Source: Pseudomonas phage vB_PaePAO1-KEN19
DNA: 64,000 bases
Sequence record: PP456878.1
Direction: 5' to 3' (one strand)
Both the position numbers and the translations under genes were made by a program. Below the pieces are notes generated by a model. It was not told where the DNA came from. It saw only the letters and a program-made list of their open reading frames with translations, and did no database searches. Shown piece by piece: positions 30,341-40,437 of the stretch. Every line of letters begins with the position of its first letter. Position 1 is the stretch's first letter.

Positions 30341-30872
30341 CTTCTTTACCCATAACTTGTTCAATCTGTTGTTTAGTCAGAGTAGTGATGATATTAAAAC
30401 GAGCTTCTTCTTTATTTTCCATTAGTTGAGGATTACTATTTAGGTAATCAATCAACGCATCGCAGTTTTCAGTAGTGAACTTATTAGGCGTTCCAACAGT
30501 AGCAAACATATAACCTTTATCACCGCCCTTACGAACAATGACTGATTCCATATGTTCTTTCTGATTAACCCCATCTACTTCAGCTAGTGAGAATACTGGT
30601 TTAGTATCACCATGGATAGCTCGCAATGCGTCATCAACTTCATGCCGAATACTTTCACCCATATTGCAAAGAATATCTGCAAGAACTCGACTAACGCGAA
30701 TATTAAATGTTGCAGTTTCTTCAGCTTTAGCTTTTACCAATTGTTGGAAAGCCTCATCTACAACATTAGCATGTTTTGTTAGATTCCTAACTGTTACTTC
30801 TAGCATATGAATTCGTTTTAATAGCATGGAGTTCATAGCTTCGCTTTCATTTTTCTCAACTTCACTAGTCAT
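30315..30872 (-). CDS. hypothetical protein (185 aa)
   Basis: Minus-strand ORF. Confidence 0.45.
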   Translation of the reverse strand: MTSEVEKNESEAMNSMLLKRIHMLEVTVRNLTKHANVVDEAFQQLVKAKAEETATFNIRVSRVLADILCNMGESIRHEVDDALRAIHGDTKPVFSLAEVDGVNQKEHMESVIVRKGGDKGYMFATVGTPNKFTTENCDALIDYLNSNPQLMENKEEARFNIITTLTKQQIEQVMGKEDGNSGTEH

Positions 30873-31310
<438 letters not shown>

Positions 31311-31323
31311 TTAAGTTAAGATG

Positions 31324-31341
31324 GGAGCCAAATGGCTCCCT
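31324..31341 (-). terminator. hairpin terminator
   Basis: gggagccaaatggctccc. The minus strand is then U-rich (ttaatttttttc). Confidence 0.45.
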
Positions 31342-31376
31342 TTATATTGCTTGATACATACAGTTAAATACTTACA

Positions 31377-31901
31377 TTAACTAGCATATAAATATTTACT
31401 TGCAATTAATTCAATGTGATATACGATAACAGCACCTTCTTTTTTCTTGAGTGTGCTTGTTAAAACGATATCGTGTTCAGTAACACATGCATGTACACTA
31501 ATGGGTTTGGTAGTAATTTCACTACTTGTCCCTGAAAAATGAGTTGTAGCTACATATAACTGGGTATCATCAACTAACCCATTTGGATCCCTACCAACAT
31601 GTACAAATGGTGGCCTGCTAGAAACATTAGGATGGTCGTCTTTAATAACAAGATGACCATCTTCAGATGGGTAAGCATAGTCATATCCAGTTACATAGAT
31701 ACGTAGAGCGCCATTCTTAAATGCTTCTTTAAGATAAGAATATTCTTCAAAATTAAAACGAATTGAATCAACCACAGCAGTAGTTAATTTAAGAATAGGG
31801 TGTAGTGGCCTTGATGAGTTATTATTCTTAATTAATAGCATCGGTATTTTCCTTAACGTAAAAAGCAATATGTGGATGGTTCCACAATGGACTCTCATCA
31901 C
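31377..31901 (-). CDS. hypothetical protein
   Basis: Minus-strand ORF. The N-terminus may begin at the internal MLLIKNN. Confidence 0.4.
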   Translation of the reverse strand: MMRVHCGTIHILLFTLRKIPMLLIKNNNSSRPLHPILKLTTAVVDSIRFNFEEYSYLKEAFKNGALRIYVTGYDYAYPSEDGHLVIKDDHPNVSSRPPFVHVGRDPNGLVDDTQLYVATTHFSGTSSEITTKPISVHACVTEHDIVLTSTLKKKEGAVIVYHIELIASKYLYAS

Positions 31902-32163
31902 AAAAACTATAACTATGTATTTCCTCGCCAGTATCTAATTTAATAGAGACCACTTCACCTTCAATGACTGTGAAAATAAATTTAGTATCAGGTGAAACAT
32001 AATCACCAGTTACATAGTCATTATCGGGAAGATACAATAGTCGTGTTTGATTATCGTATTTAAGTTCTATTCCATCTGTACTATTAAAGTACATATATCC
32101 CGTACCATCTGGACTTTTTTGAAACATCTTTAGTTTATTTGGTACGAGTAGATCAATTGACAT
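31828..32163 (-). CDS. hypothetical protein (111 aa)
   Basis: Minus-strand ORF. Confidence 0.4.
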   Translation of the reverse strand: MSIDLLVPNKLKMFQKSPDGTGYMYFNSTDGIELKYDNQTRLLYLPDNDYVTGDYVSPDTKFIFTVIEGEVVSIKLDTGEEIHSYSFCDESPLWNHPHIAFYVKENTDAIN

Positions 32164-32214
32164 AGATCTCTCCTAAACGATAGAAGAGAGCCCCATGTAG
32201 GGACTCTCATTTAT

Positions 32215-32826
32215 TTAACCTAGAAGATTACCTACGACTGAAGTTGGATCTTCTTCACCTGCGTCCAGATGTTCATCAATAGCATTCCACATACGGATGA
32301 TGTCAACTTTCTCGTGCAGACTAAGTTTACGATCGCTCTTGATATCTTCGTGATAGTTTTTATAACCGAATTCTTTCTTATCGGTATACATAACTCCATC
32401 CATCACGCGGCGATAATCAAACTGTCGTTCACCTACAGCATCACCTTGGATGTTATTATAAGAACCACCATATCCATCAACTTCATTATTAAGATACATA
32501 GTTCTTAGACGCTCATGCGCCATAACCCAACGTTGCATAATTGGACCAGCTGTTTGTAGTTCAGCTAATGTCTCAAGATACACAATGTTGTTCGACTGCC
32601 ATAAGTTATCTTTCTTTGTGGTCAGATTCCGCAGTGCTTGAACAGCAGCTGATTCACTAATCATACTGTACATATTTTGAGCAGTATTAAAAAAGCTAGC
32701 AGCAGCAGTTGACATAGTTGAACGAAGTGCCTGACTACGCTCACCCAACCATTGAGTTGTTTGCTGTGTAAGATGGCCACCTGCACAGATGTCCAAGAGG
32801 TCTACACCATGTGCATCTACAATCAT
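32215..32826 (-). CDS. hypothetical protein (203 aa)
   Basis: Minus-strand ORF. Confidence 0.45.
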   Translation of the reverse strand: MIVDAHGVDLLDICAGGHLTQQTTQWLGERSQALRSTMSTAAASFFNTAQNMYSMISESAAVQALRNLTTKKDNLWQSNNIVYLETLAELQTAGPIMQRWVMAHERLRTMYLNNEVDGYGGSYNNIQGDAVGERQFDYRRVMDGVMYTDKKEFGYKNYHEDIKSDRKLSLHEKVDIIRMWNAIDEHLDAGEEDPTSVVGNLLG

Positions 32827-32834
32827 TATACACC

Positions 32835-33260
32835 TCAGTTATTGGCCGTATATGACCAGCATAGATTAAACGGATGTTGCATAGGTAAATTAAATGTGTC
32901 TAGTTCCTGACCGCACCAATTGACAGCTTTTGTAACACCTTCAACAGTTACAGTTAATTCAACATAGATATCATGTTCAGGTGCAGTCACCACAATAGTG
33001 ATTGGATCATCATGTTTAATACGGAATCCAAACTTAGGATGATGGAATCCAGTATATTCACCTTTAGTATTTTCTAGAATACATTCAAATAGATTAGTTT
33101 CTTTATTAAGTTCAAATGTAACCAGTTTATCAGAATCTTTAAGTAAATCATTATCCCCAAATACATTGAACCGATAATGCTTATGGCAGACACCAAGTGT
33201 TTTTGGCATATCGTGGGAATTATCGATTTGCTTAGTGCATTCATTACATTTACTATTCAT
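32835..33260 (-). CDS. hypothetical protein with N-terminal Cys/His zinc-ribbon-like motif
   Basis: CNECTK...CHKHY. Confidence 0.45.
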   Translation of the reverse strand: MNSKCNECTKQIDNSHDMPKTLGVCHKHYRFNVFGDNDLLKDSDKLVTFELNKETNLFECILENTKGEYTGFHHPKFGFRIKHDDPITIVVTAPEHDIYVELTVTVEGVTKAVNWCGQELDTFNLPMQHPFNLCWSYTANN

Positions 33261-33272
33261 CCTTATTTACCT

Positions 33273-33656
33273 TTAATAAATTTGCTTATCAAAAGAGCAA
33301 TTAACTGGGATAGTGATAACTTCATTAGTAACTACATGTTTGCCTGTCTTTTTAAAGAATTGGGCAAATTTTGAAGTAACTGGAATTACAAACGTATCAT
33401 CCCGATCATTATTTGACATATTGTACAGAGTAAATTTACCGTCTAAATCAAACCTAATTTGCCATTCAATATCACGTACTTTGAAATCTATACCGAATCT
33501 TAAGTGGTCATCAATTAATTCAGAACCACCGTATACATACGCCCCAGTGAAATTCCAATTAATTTCTGCGAATTGGAAAGTTACAGGATGTTCGCCATAT
33601 TCATCTTGTATGTAGTAACCATCATGAGCTTTCCAATAGATAACTAAATCATGCAT
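33273..33656 (-). CDS. hypothetical protein (127 aa)
   Basis: Minus-strand ORF followed by the hairpin at 33679-33700. Confidence 0.45.
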   Translation of the reverse strand: MHDLVIYWKAHDGYYIQDEYGEHPVTFQFAEINWNFTGAYVYGGSELIDDHLRFGIDFKVRDIEWQIRFDLDGKFTLYNMSNNDRDDTFVIPVTSKFAQFFKKTGKHVVTNEVITIPVNCSFDKQIY

Positions 33657-33715
33657 ACTACTAGCCTCAAAGAATTAATAGGGGATTCAAACTCCCCTAT
33701 TAATTTATTTTGCTT

Positions 33716-33904
33716 TTAATCATTAAGCTTAGAGATCATTTCGACATATGCATCGACAAACCTTCTGTTTACCACTACATCACCATTCCCGCAAGTAATA
33801 TATCTCTTAGTGAATACGGCTACCGATCTGGCTTCACGTTCATCTCATTCGACTTGTGATAAACATTCCGGGTTACGTCGAATAATTTCACGAATATTAG
33901 ACAT
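33716..33904 (-). other. small gene (63 codons) with an in-frame UGA at codon 20
   Basis: RBS aagggg 8 nt before the ATG. The promoter-like motif lies 30 nt upstream and a hairpin lies downstream. Translation: MSNIREIIRRNPECLSQVE-UGA-DEREARSVAVFTKRYITCGNGDVVVNRRFVDAYVEMISKLND-UAA. Confidence 0.3.
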
Positions 33905-33936
33905 TGGGTATTCCCCTTATCACTATTGCATCTTAG

Positions 33937-33958
33937 TGATATAAATCTGAAATTAAAT
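33937..33958 (-). promoter_or_regulatory. conserved promoter-like motif, minus-strand sense ATTTAATTTCAGATTTATATCAC
   Basis: Family member directly upstream of the small UGA-containing gene. Confidence 0.4.
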
Positions 33959-34010
33959 CCAGTGGAACTTTACATCCATGGTTAGTCGCCGCCATAACAG
34001 GAAATAAAGC

Positions 34011-34034
34011 CCCCTACTACATAAATAGTAGGGG
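34011..34034 (-). terminator. terminator after the beta-prime N gene
   Basis: cccctactatttatgtagtagggg followed by ctttatttcc on the minus strand. Confidence 0.55.
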
Positions 34035-34045
34035 TAAGTTTATTA

Positions 34046-34264
34046 TTACGACTTCAACCATTCTTCTAATGGCGGTAAATACTTCTCATGCGCCCAGTTA
34101 ATAATTGTTTCTACAACAGGACCCTGTAATTCAAGGTTACCTGAGATTTCATGTGGTTCATCAATAGATAGAACCCATGTATGTGGAGCAATGCGTTCAG
34201 TTGCTTTGGTTAAATACACATCAGGCATTAACGTTAAATTCAATTGATCGCCGTCAAAATCCGC
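34046..34264 (-). CDS. non-virion RNAP beta-prime N-terminal piece, exon 3
   Basis: Begins GCG GAT TTT GAC GGC GAT CAA, encoding ADFDGDQ. This is the universal Mg-binding NADFDGD motif. The Asn codon is supplied by exon 2. Confidence 0.75.
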   Translation of the reverse strand, partial: ADFDGDQLNLTLMPDVYLTKATERIAPHTWVLSIDEPHEISGNLELQGPVVETIINWAHEKYLPPLEEWLKS

Positions 34265-34757
34265 CGTTATGTTCAGTATGGGTCGTTAATCCATACCCGG
34301 TAGTATAATTACCACATGATAATTACCACCTGCTGCATGTCACCATGCAGACCAGACTATATCTTCACCCTTCCTTTCGGAGTGGGGTGTCTCCCATTTC
34401 GAGTCACTTGACCCTACATCCTATTTCTAGGACCGGTGCACCTGATACCGTAATAGTCGTTGAACCTTCTCCTATTCCTAAATGGAATGTTACGGAGCTT
34501 GGCTGCTGATTGGCCCTACCTAATCTTTTTCAAACCTTGGCTTTGTCTTTCGACTCGCAGTGGTAGATTAGTTTAACAGGATATCCCAGCAATTAGAGAG
34601 AACTCACCCCAATGATTACTCACTGGGGGAACTAGACTTGATTAACTTAATAAGGTATTTATCAAGCACTTCATATTCAATTTTAAATGAAGCCGGATCA
34701 AAGACGGACACTACTCCGTTTTGTTCCATTGTTTTTACCTTATTTAGTTAGTTGTCC
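34265..34757 (-). mobile_element. group I intron (about 493 nt) splitting the NADFDGD codons
   Basis: Same P, Q, R, S core and P9 (ctgcatggtgacatgcag) as the other two introns. The 3' end is ...ctgaacataacG. It has an extra ~190 nt in the 5' part carrying a 37-codon ORF. The P5 region is enlarged. Confidence 0.7.
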
Positions 34758-34865
34758 ATTAGGCGCTTTAAGGCATAATACTGACATGCTGATTGAATTA
34801 TCATTAATGTCATCTTTTACTTTAGTAATAAAGAATTGTTGAGTAGATCCACGTTGAAGGGTCGG
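34758..34865 (-). CDS. non-virion RNAP beta-prime N-terminal piece, exon 2 (36 codons)
   Basis: PTLQRGSTQQFFITKVKDDINDNSISMSVLCLKAPN aligns with E. coli [33 protein letters not shown], which directly precedes ADFDGD. Confidence 0.7.
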
Positions 34866-35170
34866 CGTTGTGTTCAGATAAGTTCGTTAAGCTTATCCCG
34901 TCTATTAATAATAGACAGCTGCATGTCGCCATGCAGACCAGACTATATCTTCACCTTTGGCATTACCCAGTAAGGTGCTCCCCATTTCGAGTCACTTGAC
35001 TCTACTCTACTCGGTTCACTTTCGTGCCTTTCGATAGTCGTTGAACGTTCAATCCATTTCTGGAAAGCTTCGCTGCTGATTGTCTCATTGAGATGTCCCA
35101 GCAATTAAAGGAGTTTTGTCGAGTAATATTTCTATTACAAGGAAACCATTTAGTATTAATATACAAATTA
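34866..35170 (-). mobile_element. group I intron (about 305 nt, no ORF), near-identical core to the beta-gene intron
   Basis: aattgctgggacatctcaatgagacaatcagcagcgaagctttccagaaatggattgaacgttcaacgactatc is shared almost verbatim with 20138-20441. It ends ctgaacacaacG and starts TAA after the exon AAT. Confidence 0.75.
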
Positions 35171-36307
35171 ATTTCGGTGAAAAGTGCAACCCATTCCTTT
35201 ATATGGTGCGGCCTCTGCAATTAACTCTTTAAATAGATCAGCGATGATTTGGTTATATTGAAGTACATTCTCATATACAAATGAGAATGCTTCACGAGTT
35301 GTCATGTTAAACTTAGCTTTTAACTTGTTAGTTAGATGATACTTTAATAATTGACAACCTACCCCCCAAGGGATATGTAGTTCATCATAATCATGCGGGT
35401 CACTAATAGAAGTGATTACTGCACGTGCCGTAGCGTTGAGACGAGCACCAAACATGTGACGCCGAGCAAGACCAGGCTTTTGAGCAATTCGTGATTTTGC
35501 GTAGATCTCGTAGAACTGGCCATATAGTCTTAGTCCTCGCATAGTCCTATTCTGAGCTTTAATTGGACTAAGTGGTACAGATGATGCATCAATACTAGCG
35601 AAGGTTAAGGTAGCATCAATTGCTGCTTCAATTGGTTTATCTAAGTAAGTACCAGATGTGGTTGATTCTGCTACGAAACAGAGTTTAGAAGGAACTGGTA
35701 AATATTTAGGGAATAACTTATCTTTATTCTGAGCAACGAATTGAGCGAATTCGGATTTATTATTAGAGATAATATTTGCATCTAGTAGGAATTGGAAGAT
35801 CTCATTGAAATTATCAATGAAGTGATTTAATCCTCTTTCAAATCCTCGATGCAGTAGCCTATCTACTTTCCTGCGTGTTTCCTTAGAACCAATAGATTCT
35901 ACATCGTATCGATAAGAAGTATCAGTTAGATATGCTAAGAAATCGAATTCTTTAGTTACTAGATATCCGGTTAGCATAATGATTAAACGTGGGTTAATTA
36001 GGCTACGTACATGTTTTGGTGTACGAACCCACATTGATGGTTCGATAGGGCGGCTAGAAGTATTGACAACTGGAGTATTACAAATATCACAGATTACTCC
36101 GAGTTTATGTGCGTCTTCGATTGCTCGACAATCACAGCTTACACTACTTTCAATTGCTTCTGAATCTTGGAAATGAGAATAGAAATGTCTATCAAATTCT
36201 TCTTTCTCATCTGAGTTACTCGTATTGTAATCATTGGCATAAATTCGTTTACCCGTAAATTGATCATGAACTTCATTATGATCAACAACTTTGGCATAAA
36301 GACCCAT
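35171..36307 (-). CDS. non-virion RNAP beta-prime N-terminal piece, exon 1
   Basis: Zinc-binding CDCRAIEDAHKLGVICDICNTP. RRHMFGARLNATARAVITSISDP resembles beta-prime GKRVDYSGRSVITVGP. It ends ...FHRN. The probable start is ATG MGLYAK with caggag SD (36307), not the listed TTG at 36334. Confidence 0.75.
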
Positions 36308-36332
36308 ACCAAACTCCTGTTTATCGATTAAC

Positions 36333-36369
36333 AAAAAAAGGAGATATAAGCGGCCCCCGAAGGAGCCGC
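36333..36369 (-). terminator. strong intrinsic terminator (GC hairpin plus U7) just upstream of the beta-prime N start
   Basis: Minus strand reads gcggctccttcgggggccgc, then ttatatctccttttttt. Confidence 0.6.
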
Positions 36370-36372
36370 TAT

Positions 36373-36700
36373 ATCAGTTTTTACAATGGACCACCAACGG
36401 AGCCTGGCCCGAGCCTAGCGTCATCTACAAAGCTTAACCTCCGCTCTTCTTTGTAGCATACCGGCACTAGTCTCATTTACCATCCATTGTAGTTTTTGAT
36501 CACACGTTACCTTTTGAGTAACTCCTTTCGGTTAAGTGATCTATCATCCTCGTGTAGTGATAGGTCGACCTAGACTAAGTCCACTAGTCGATTACTTCAC
36601 GGAACCTACTCCTAACCGTTATCACCGAAGTGAACCAGGGTCGCAGTATTAGAATCGGGATGTTACTTATTTAACATCCCTATCTACCGAGGTATTTCCT
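36373..36700 (-). ncRNA. candidate structured non-coding RNA / structured leader
   Basis: A ~330-nt intergenic stretch with no ORF over 15 codons and clearly higher GC than its surroundings. It has multiple stable stems with UUCG and GNRA tetraloops (tcacTTCGgtga, ccGAAAgg, ctacaaag...ctttgtag). It is bounded by hairpins at 36658-36680 and 36350-36369. Confidence 0.25.
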
Positions 36701-36701
36701 A

Positions 36702-38582
36702 TTAGTACCAGGTACCCGGTGCATTATAGGAAGGAGCGCCGTAAGTTTGACCCATGCTGCCAGCCATGCCAACTTGTGCACTACCAGAAACAGCCATGTT
36801 ACCCATACCGGTGTAACCAGCGAAGCGCTGTTGACCGAAGTTGGTAATTAGGTTTTCCATGGTTACAGTTACACCAGCTGCTGCTGCTGCGGCATCCATT
36901 GCGGTGATGAATTTCGGGTTAAAGGTTAGACGACGAGCACGACCAGTATAGGTAACGTTACCTAGGTACATCTTGTCGAAGCCTTTACTGTTATTCATAC
37001 GACGCACAATGTGGTCATTACCTACTTGAGTAGCATACCAGGTCTTCCACTCTTGATCGTTACCTTCAGACATGTTCATGGCACCTAGAACGTCAAGATC
37101 ACGACGGTCACTTAGTTCGCCATGCTCATCAGTGTAGTGACCGAGGTCTACTTCATGATGGTTGTCAAAGATGATCGGACCAGCTTCAGCTAGGTTATAG
37201 AACTGACGGAAATCAGTGCCATATAGGTTAGTTAGAGCTTGGAAGATCAGGCTAACTGCACGAGCTTGGTTTACGCCACCAGCTGCATCTAGGACTACTT
37301 GCTCAAGAGCAGAGTTGTCACCCATCGGATCGATATCGATCTGGAATGCAGGGTTCTGGTTAACCATCTTGTTCATTAGCATTACGAAGTTGCTGTCGTC
37401 TGCCATGAATGCTTCGGTGCGAGTTTCAATCGCTTTACCTAGCTCTGAGTAATAACCAAGTGCACCAATATCACGCATCTTGCTAGTAGCGATCTTCGGC
37501 ATTAGGGTACGAGCCCATGCCTGGGATGCAGTTGCACGATACGCATTACCGAGTGCGAACAGCCACATTTCTAGAGTCCATGCTTGGATCCAGGATGCCT
37601 TACGAACGTCAGTGATAACGATGTAAGGAGTGAACTGCGGAGGTAGAGCTGCACCAGGTAGAGTTACGCCAAACATACCTTGTTGCTGGCCAGTGGTCGG
37701 AGTCCAATGTAGATCTACGAATAGACTAACTTGGTTTAGCTGGCTATCGGTATCATAGAACTCGTTCTCAGGTACGTTGGTTTTCTTACCACGGCTAGTG
37801 GAGATAACCAGGTCAGAACGAATCGGATTACCGCAGCTATCTTTAACCGGAATACCATTGTAGTCTAGGTTGCAGGTAAGCTGTTCGTTTTCTGCTTTGA
37901 TGTGGGTCGCAATAGAGAACGGAGTCTCATTGTTACGACGTGCGATAGCATCTTCACAGATATTAACAGATTCAACTAGTAGGTTCTTAACAGCTAGTTC
38001 ATCTTTGAAGTCGAAGTCAGCATACACTGCACGGGGACCGGCAGATAGTACTTCTAGACCAGGGATGTTGTAACGGTTCCGTAGGAATTCGCCGATCTTG
38101 CTCCAGTATTGAGCAGTGAATACATCACGCGGTAGTACCTTCTCTTCAATGATGTCGTCAGTTAGACCATTGTTGATCTTGTGGGTACGGGGACGGATGC
38201 GAGTACCAGGTAGGTTATCGAGTACTAGTGTACGAACGAATGCCTTCATGGAACCATTGATATCTTTAGCTAGTTTAACAATTAGTAGACCAGCCATACC
38301 AACTTGTTGCGCATCGCGATCGAAACGATGGATATCGAAATCATCAGGTAGGTCCTGATGGCGGATTGCTTCTTCTTTTACTTTAGTGAATACTTGTAGG
38401 GCATCTGCTGAACGAGCATCAGAACCATCTAGCCGCCCAGAGCGACGCATTAGATGGTTAATGCCAGTAGTTGACCCAGGTGCGCCAGCAGGACGTTGAG
38501 CTTGACGCTGTGCAGTGGGTTGCGGAGCCGGAGTGGTAGCTTGAGTTTGAACGGTGCCGATTTCGTTTTCGTTAACAGCCAT
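36702..38582 (-). CDS. candidate chimallin (phage nucleus shell protein); alternative: major virion protein
   Basis: 626 aa. GC content and codon usage are distinctly higher than neighbours, as expected for a highly expressed gene. Low-complexity N- and C-terminal tails. It sits directly upstream of the nvRNAP beta-prime N gene, as phiKZ gp54 sits next to gp55. A PhuZ tubulin is encoded in the same window. The promoter-like motif lies upstream. Confidence 0.5.
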   Translation of the reverse strand: MAVNENEIGTVQTQATTPAPQPTAQRQAQRPAGAPGSTTGINHLMRRSGRLDGSDARSADALQVFTKVKEEAIRHQDLPDDFDIHRFDRDAQQVGMAGLLIVKLAKDINGSMKAFVRTLVLDNLPGTRIRPRTHKINNGLTDDIIEEKVLPRDVFTAQYWSKIGEFLRNRYNIPGLEVLSAGPRAVYADFDFKDELAVKNLLVESVNICEDAIARRNNETPFSIATHIKAENEQLTCNLDYNGIPVKDSCGNPIRSDLVISTSRGKKTNVPENEFYDTDSQLNQVSLFVDLHWTPTTGQQQGMFGVTLPGAALPPQFTPYIVITDVRKASWIQAWTLEMWLFALGNAYRATASQAWARTLMPKIATSKMRDIGALGYYSELGKAIETRTEAFMADDSNFVMLMNKMVNQNPAFQIDIDPMGDNSALEQVVLDAAGGVNQARAVSLIFQALTNLYGTDFRQFYNLAEAGPIIFDNHHEVDLGHYTDEHGELSDRRDLDVLGAMNMSEGNDQEWKTWYATQVGNDHIVRRMNNSKGFDKMYLGNVTYTGRARRLTFNPKFITAMDAAAAAAGVTVTMENLITNFGQQRFAGYTGMGNMAVSGSAQVGMAGSMGQTYGAPSYNAPGTWY

Positions 38583-38654
38583 TTTAAATACCTTTACGAT
38601 TATGGTTTCTTGATCAAGAAGAACCTAAGTACTTAGTATACTAGATTCAATTTA

Positions 38655-38678
38655 GTAATATAAATCTCAAATTTTTTT
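38655..38678 (-). promoter_or_regulatory. conserved promoter-like motif, minus-strand sense aaaaaaaTTTGAGATTTATATTAC
   Basis: Ends in TATATTAC. Upstream of the candidate chimallin gene. Confidence 0.5.
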
Positions 38679-38893
38679 CATTACAACATAGACGCTATAA
38701 TCTGCTATCAGCAGATCGTAACGAACACTATGTTCACTACATATTATTACAATCTGAGTATTATTTATTTTTCATCTTACAATTTCCATATCTTCTTTTT
38801 TGAGTTTATGGGTATAAAGTTTGAATCCAGAAACTAATTTACGTCAGTCCTGTATTAAATAATAACTATCAGTATTTTTATAAAATGCAGTTA

Positions 38894-39259
38894 TCATTTA
38901 CTTCGCATATACTTACGAACTGTTCCAAAAAGAGAATGATACAGTTTGTATAGTTTACTAACTGGATCAACTTTATTATTATCAGTTGTATCAAATTTAG
39001 CAATAAATGGTGAATGTGCCGAAGCAGATGTTTCATTTACTTTAACTACACTACCAAATCGATATGCGACTAATACCTTTATTAATTCCTCATGGAGTTT
39101 AGTAGCAGTTGCTAATGGATTGGGATCATTAGGATCTATCTTAATCCTACGCTCGACATTGAAAAAGTTTACTACAATTTCTTTGCTAGTCATGTATACA
39201 GTAAGATCTTTGTTATTACCTAAATATAGTGGCGGATCTTCAACATTATTTTTAGCCAT
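38894..39259 (-). CDS. hypothetical protein (121 aa)
   Basis: Minus-strand ORF with a promoter-like motif at 39302-39328 upstream. Confidence 0.45.
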   Translation of the reverse strand: MAKNNVEDPPLYLGNNKDLTVYMTSKEIVVNFFNVERRIKIDPNDPNPLATATKLHEELIKVLVAYRFGSVVKVNETSASAHSPFIAKFDTTDNNKVDPVSKLYKLYHSLFGTVRKYMRSK

Positions 39260-39301
39260 TGTATATTCCTATTTGTAATTACTACTGTTGTTACCAAACT
39301 A

Positions 39302-39328
39302 TGATATAGATCTCAATTAATTTTTAAT
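39302..39328 (-). promoter_or_regulatory. conserved promoter-like motif, minus-strand sense ATTAAAAATTAATTGAGATCTATATCA
   Basis: Family member. Confidence 0.45.
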
Positions 39329-39340
39329 CGGATAATAACC

Positions 39341-40432
39341 ATGTATAATTTATTTAAGAATGCTCCGTCACGTAAATTGGGGCAGGTGGTTGATCCTAAC
39401 ATCCATTATATCCGACGAATCTACGCTGAGCAAATTAGGGACGTTAAAAGTTATTATAGACGGGCACCGAAGTATGTTGAATCTAAAAACATATTAGCAC
39501 AAATGATTCGACATTTTAACGTAGAGTTACTAAGTGATGATGCTACTTTTATAAAGAACGTGGACGATCGTTCACGTGCTATTATTCGTTCATTTGGTAT
39601 TACATCATCTTTAAATAAAGGTAAGGTTCATGTAGGTGGTGTTACACTTGGCCCTCAGACTGAAGAAGTTTTAGTATCCACATCAGAGAGCTTTGATCTA
39701 AAAGATCTAAATAAAACATGGTATAAACTTTCCCCTGTTACGTATCTGTATCATACACGTACTGATACTAATTTACCTATCATGAACAATACCACGCAGG
39801 GTAGAGGCTATGGTGTAACTCTAGTAAATATACCAATGCTTCTTGTGATGTACCGTTACTGGTATCGATGGCAAGTTGAGAAGAATCCTGATGAAGTTGA
39901 AGATACATATAGGTTTATAGGATCATTTGTATTGCCAAATATGGTTGACTCTTATTTAGATATTTCTTTCTTTAACAGGTTAGCAAGGAATGCTTTAGAT
40001 ATTAAAAATCCAACATTCCCTATACCGCATCCATTTTACATCACTGATATGAATCCACGTATTGATAAACTATGTACAACTATCAATAGAGAATCCATAT
40101 TAAAAGGTGTAGACATGGAAGGTTTATCATGGATAACACCAGCTATCGTACAATCTAATTTGTTCGATATGATGCGGCTCCCACGAGAACCTATTAACAG
40201 GAATAATGAATGGGCTTATGTATTGGCTCGCACACCCTTCATTAAGTATCTTGTAGGGCAGCTTTTAAAGAATACTGGTTATGATCAATCTTCTGTTAAC
40301 ACTGTATTAATTGATCTTATAGAAGCATCTAATGATCAAGCATTTAAGCAACAAGCAAATAGTGAGTTTGTAAAAGCTCAACAGGCACAAGTTGATTGGA
40401 TGATAGATGCACTTAAAAGAAAAGAAATGTGA
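39341..40432 (+). CDS. hypothetical protein (363 aa)
   Basis: Plus-strand ORF ended by a bidirectional hairpin at 40438-40466. Confidence 0.5.
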   Translation: MYNLFKNAPSRKLGQVVDPNIHYIRRIYAEQIRDVKSYYRRAPKYVESKNILAQMIRHFNVELLSDDATFIKNVDDRSRAIIRSFGITSSLNKGKVHVGGVTLGPQTEEVLVSTSESFDLKDLNKTWYKLSPVTYLYHTRTDTNLPIMNNTTQGRGYGVTLVNIPMLLVMYRYWYRWQVEKNPDEVEDTYRFIGSFVLPNMVDSYLDISFFNRLARNALDIKNPTFPIPHPFYITDMNPRIDKLCTTINRESILKGVDMEGLSWITPAIVQSNLFDMMRLPREPINRNNEWAYVLARTPFIKYLVGQLLKNTGYDQSSVNTVLIDLIEASNDQAFKQQANSEFVKAQQAQVDWMIDALKRKEM

Positions 40433-40437
40433 CATAA

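Noticed and set aside
35002-35220. ORF 35002-35220 (72 aa, minus strand) from the six-frame track
   Set aside because: It lies inside the second group I intron and overlaps the exon 1 end. No RBS. It is a chance ORF within structured intron RNA.
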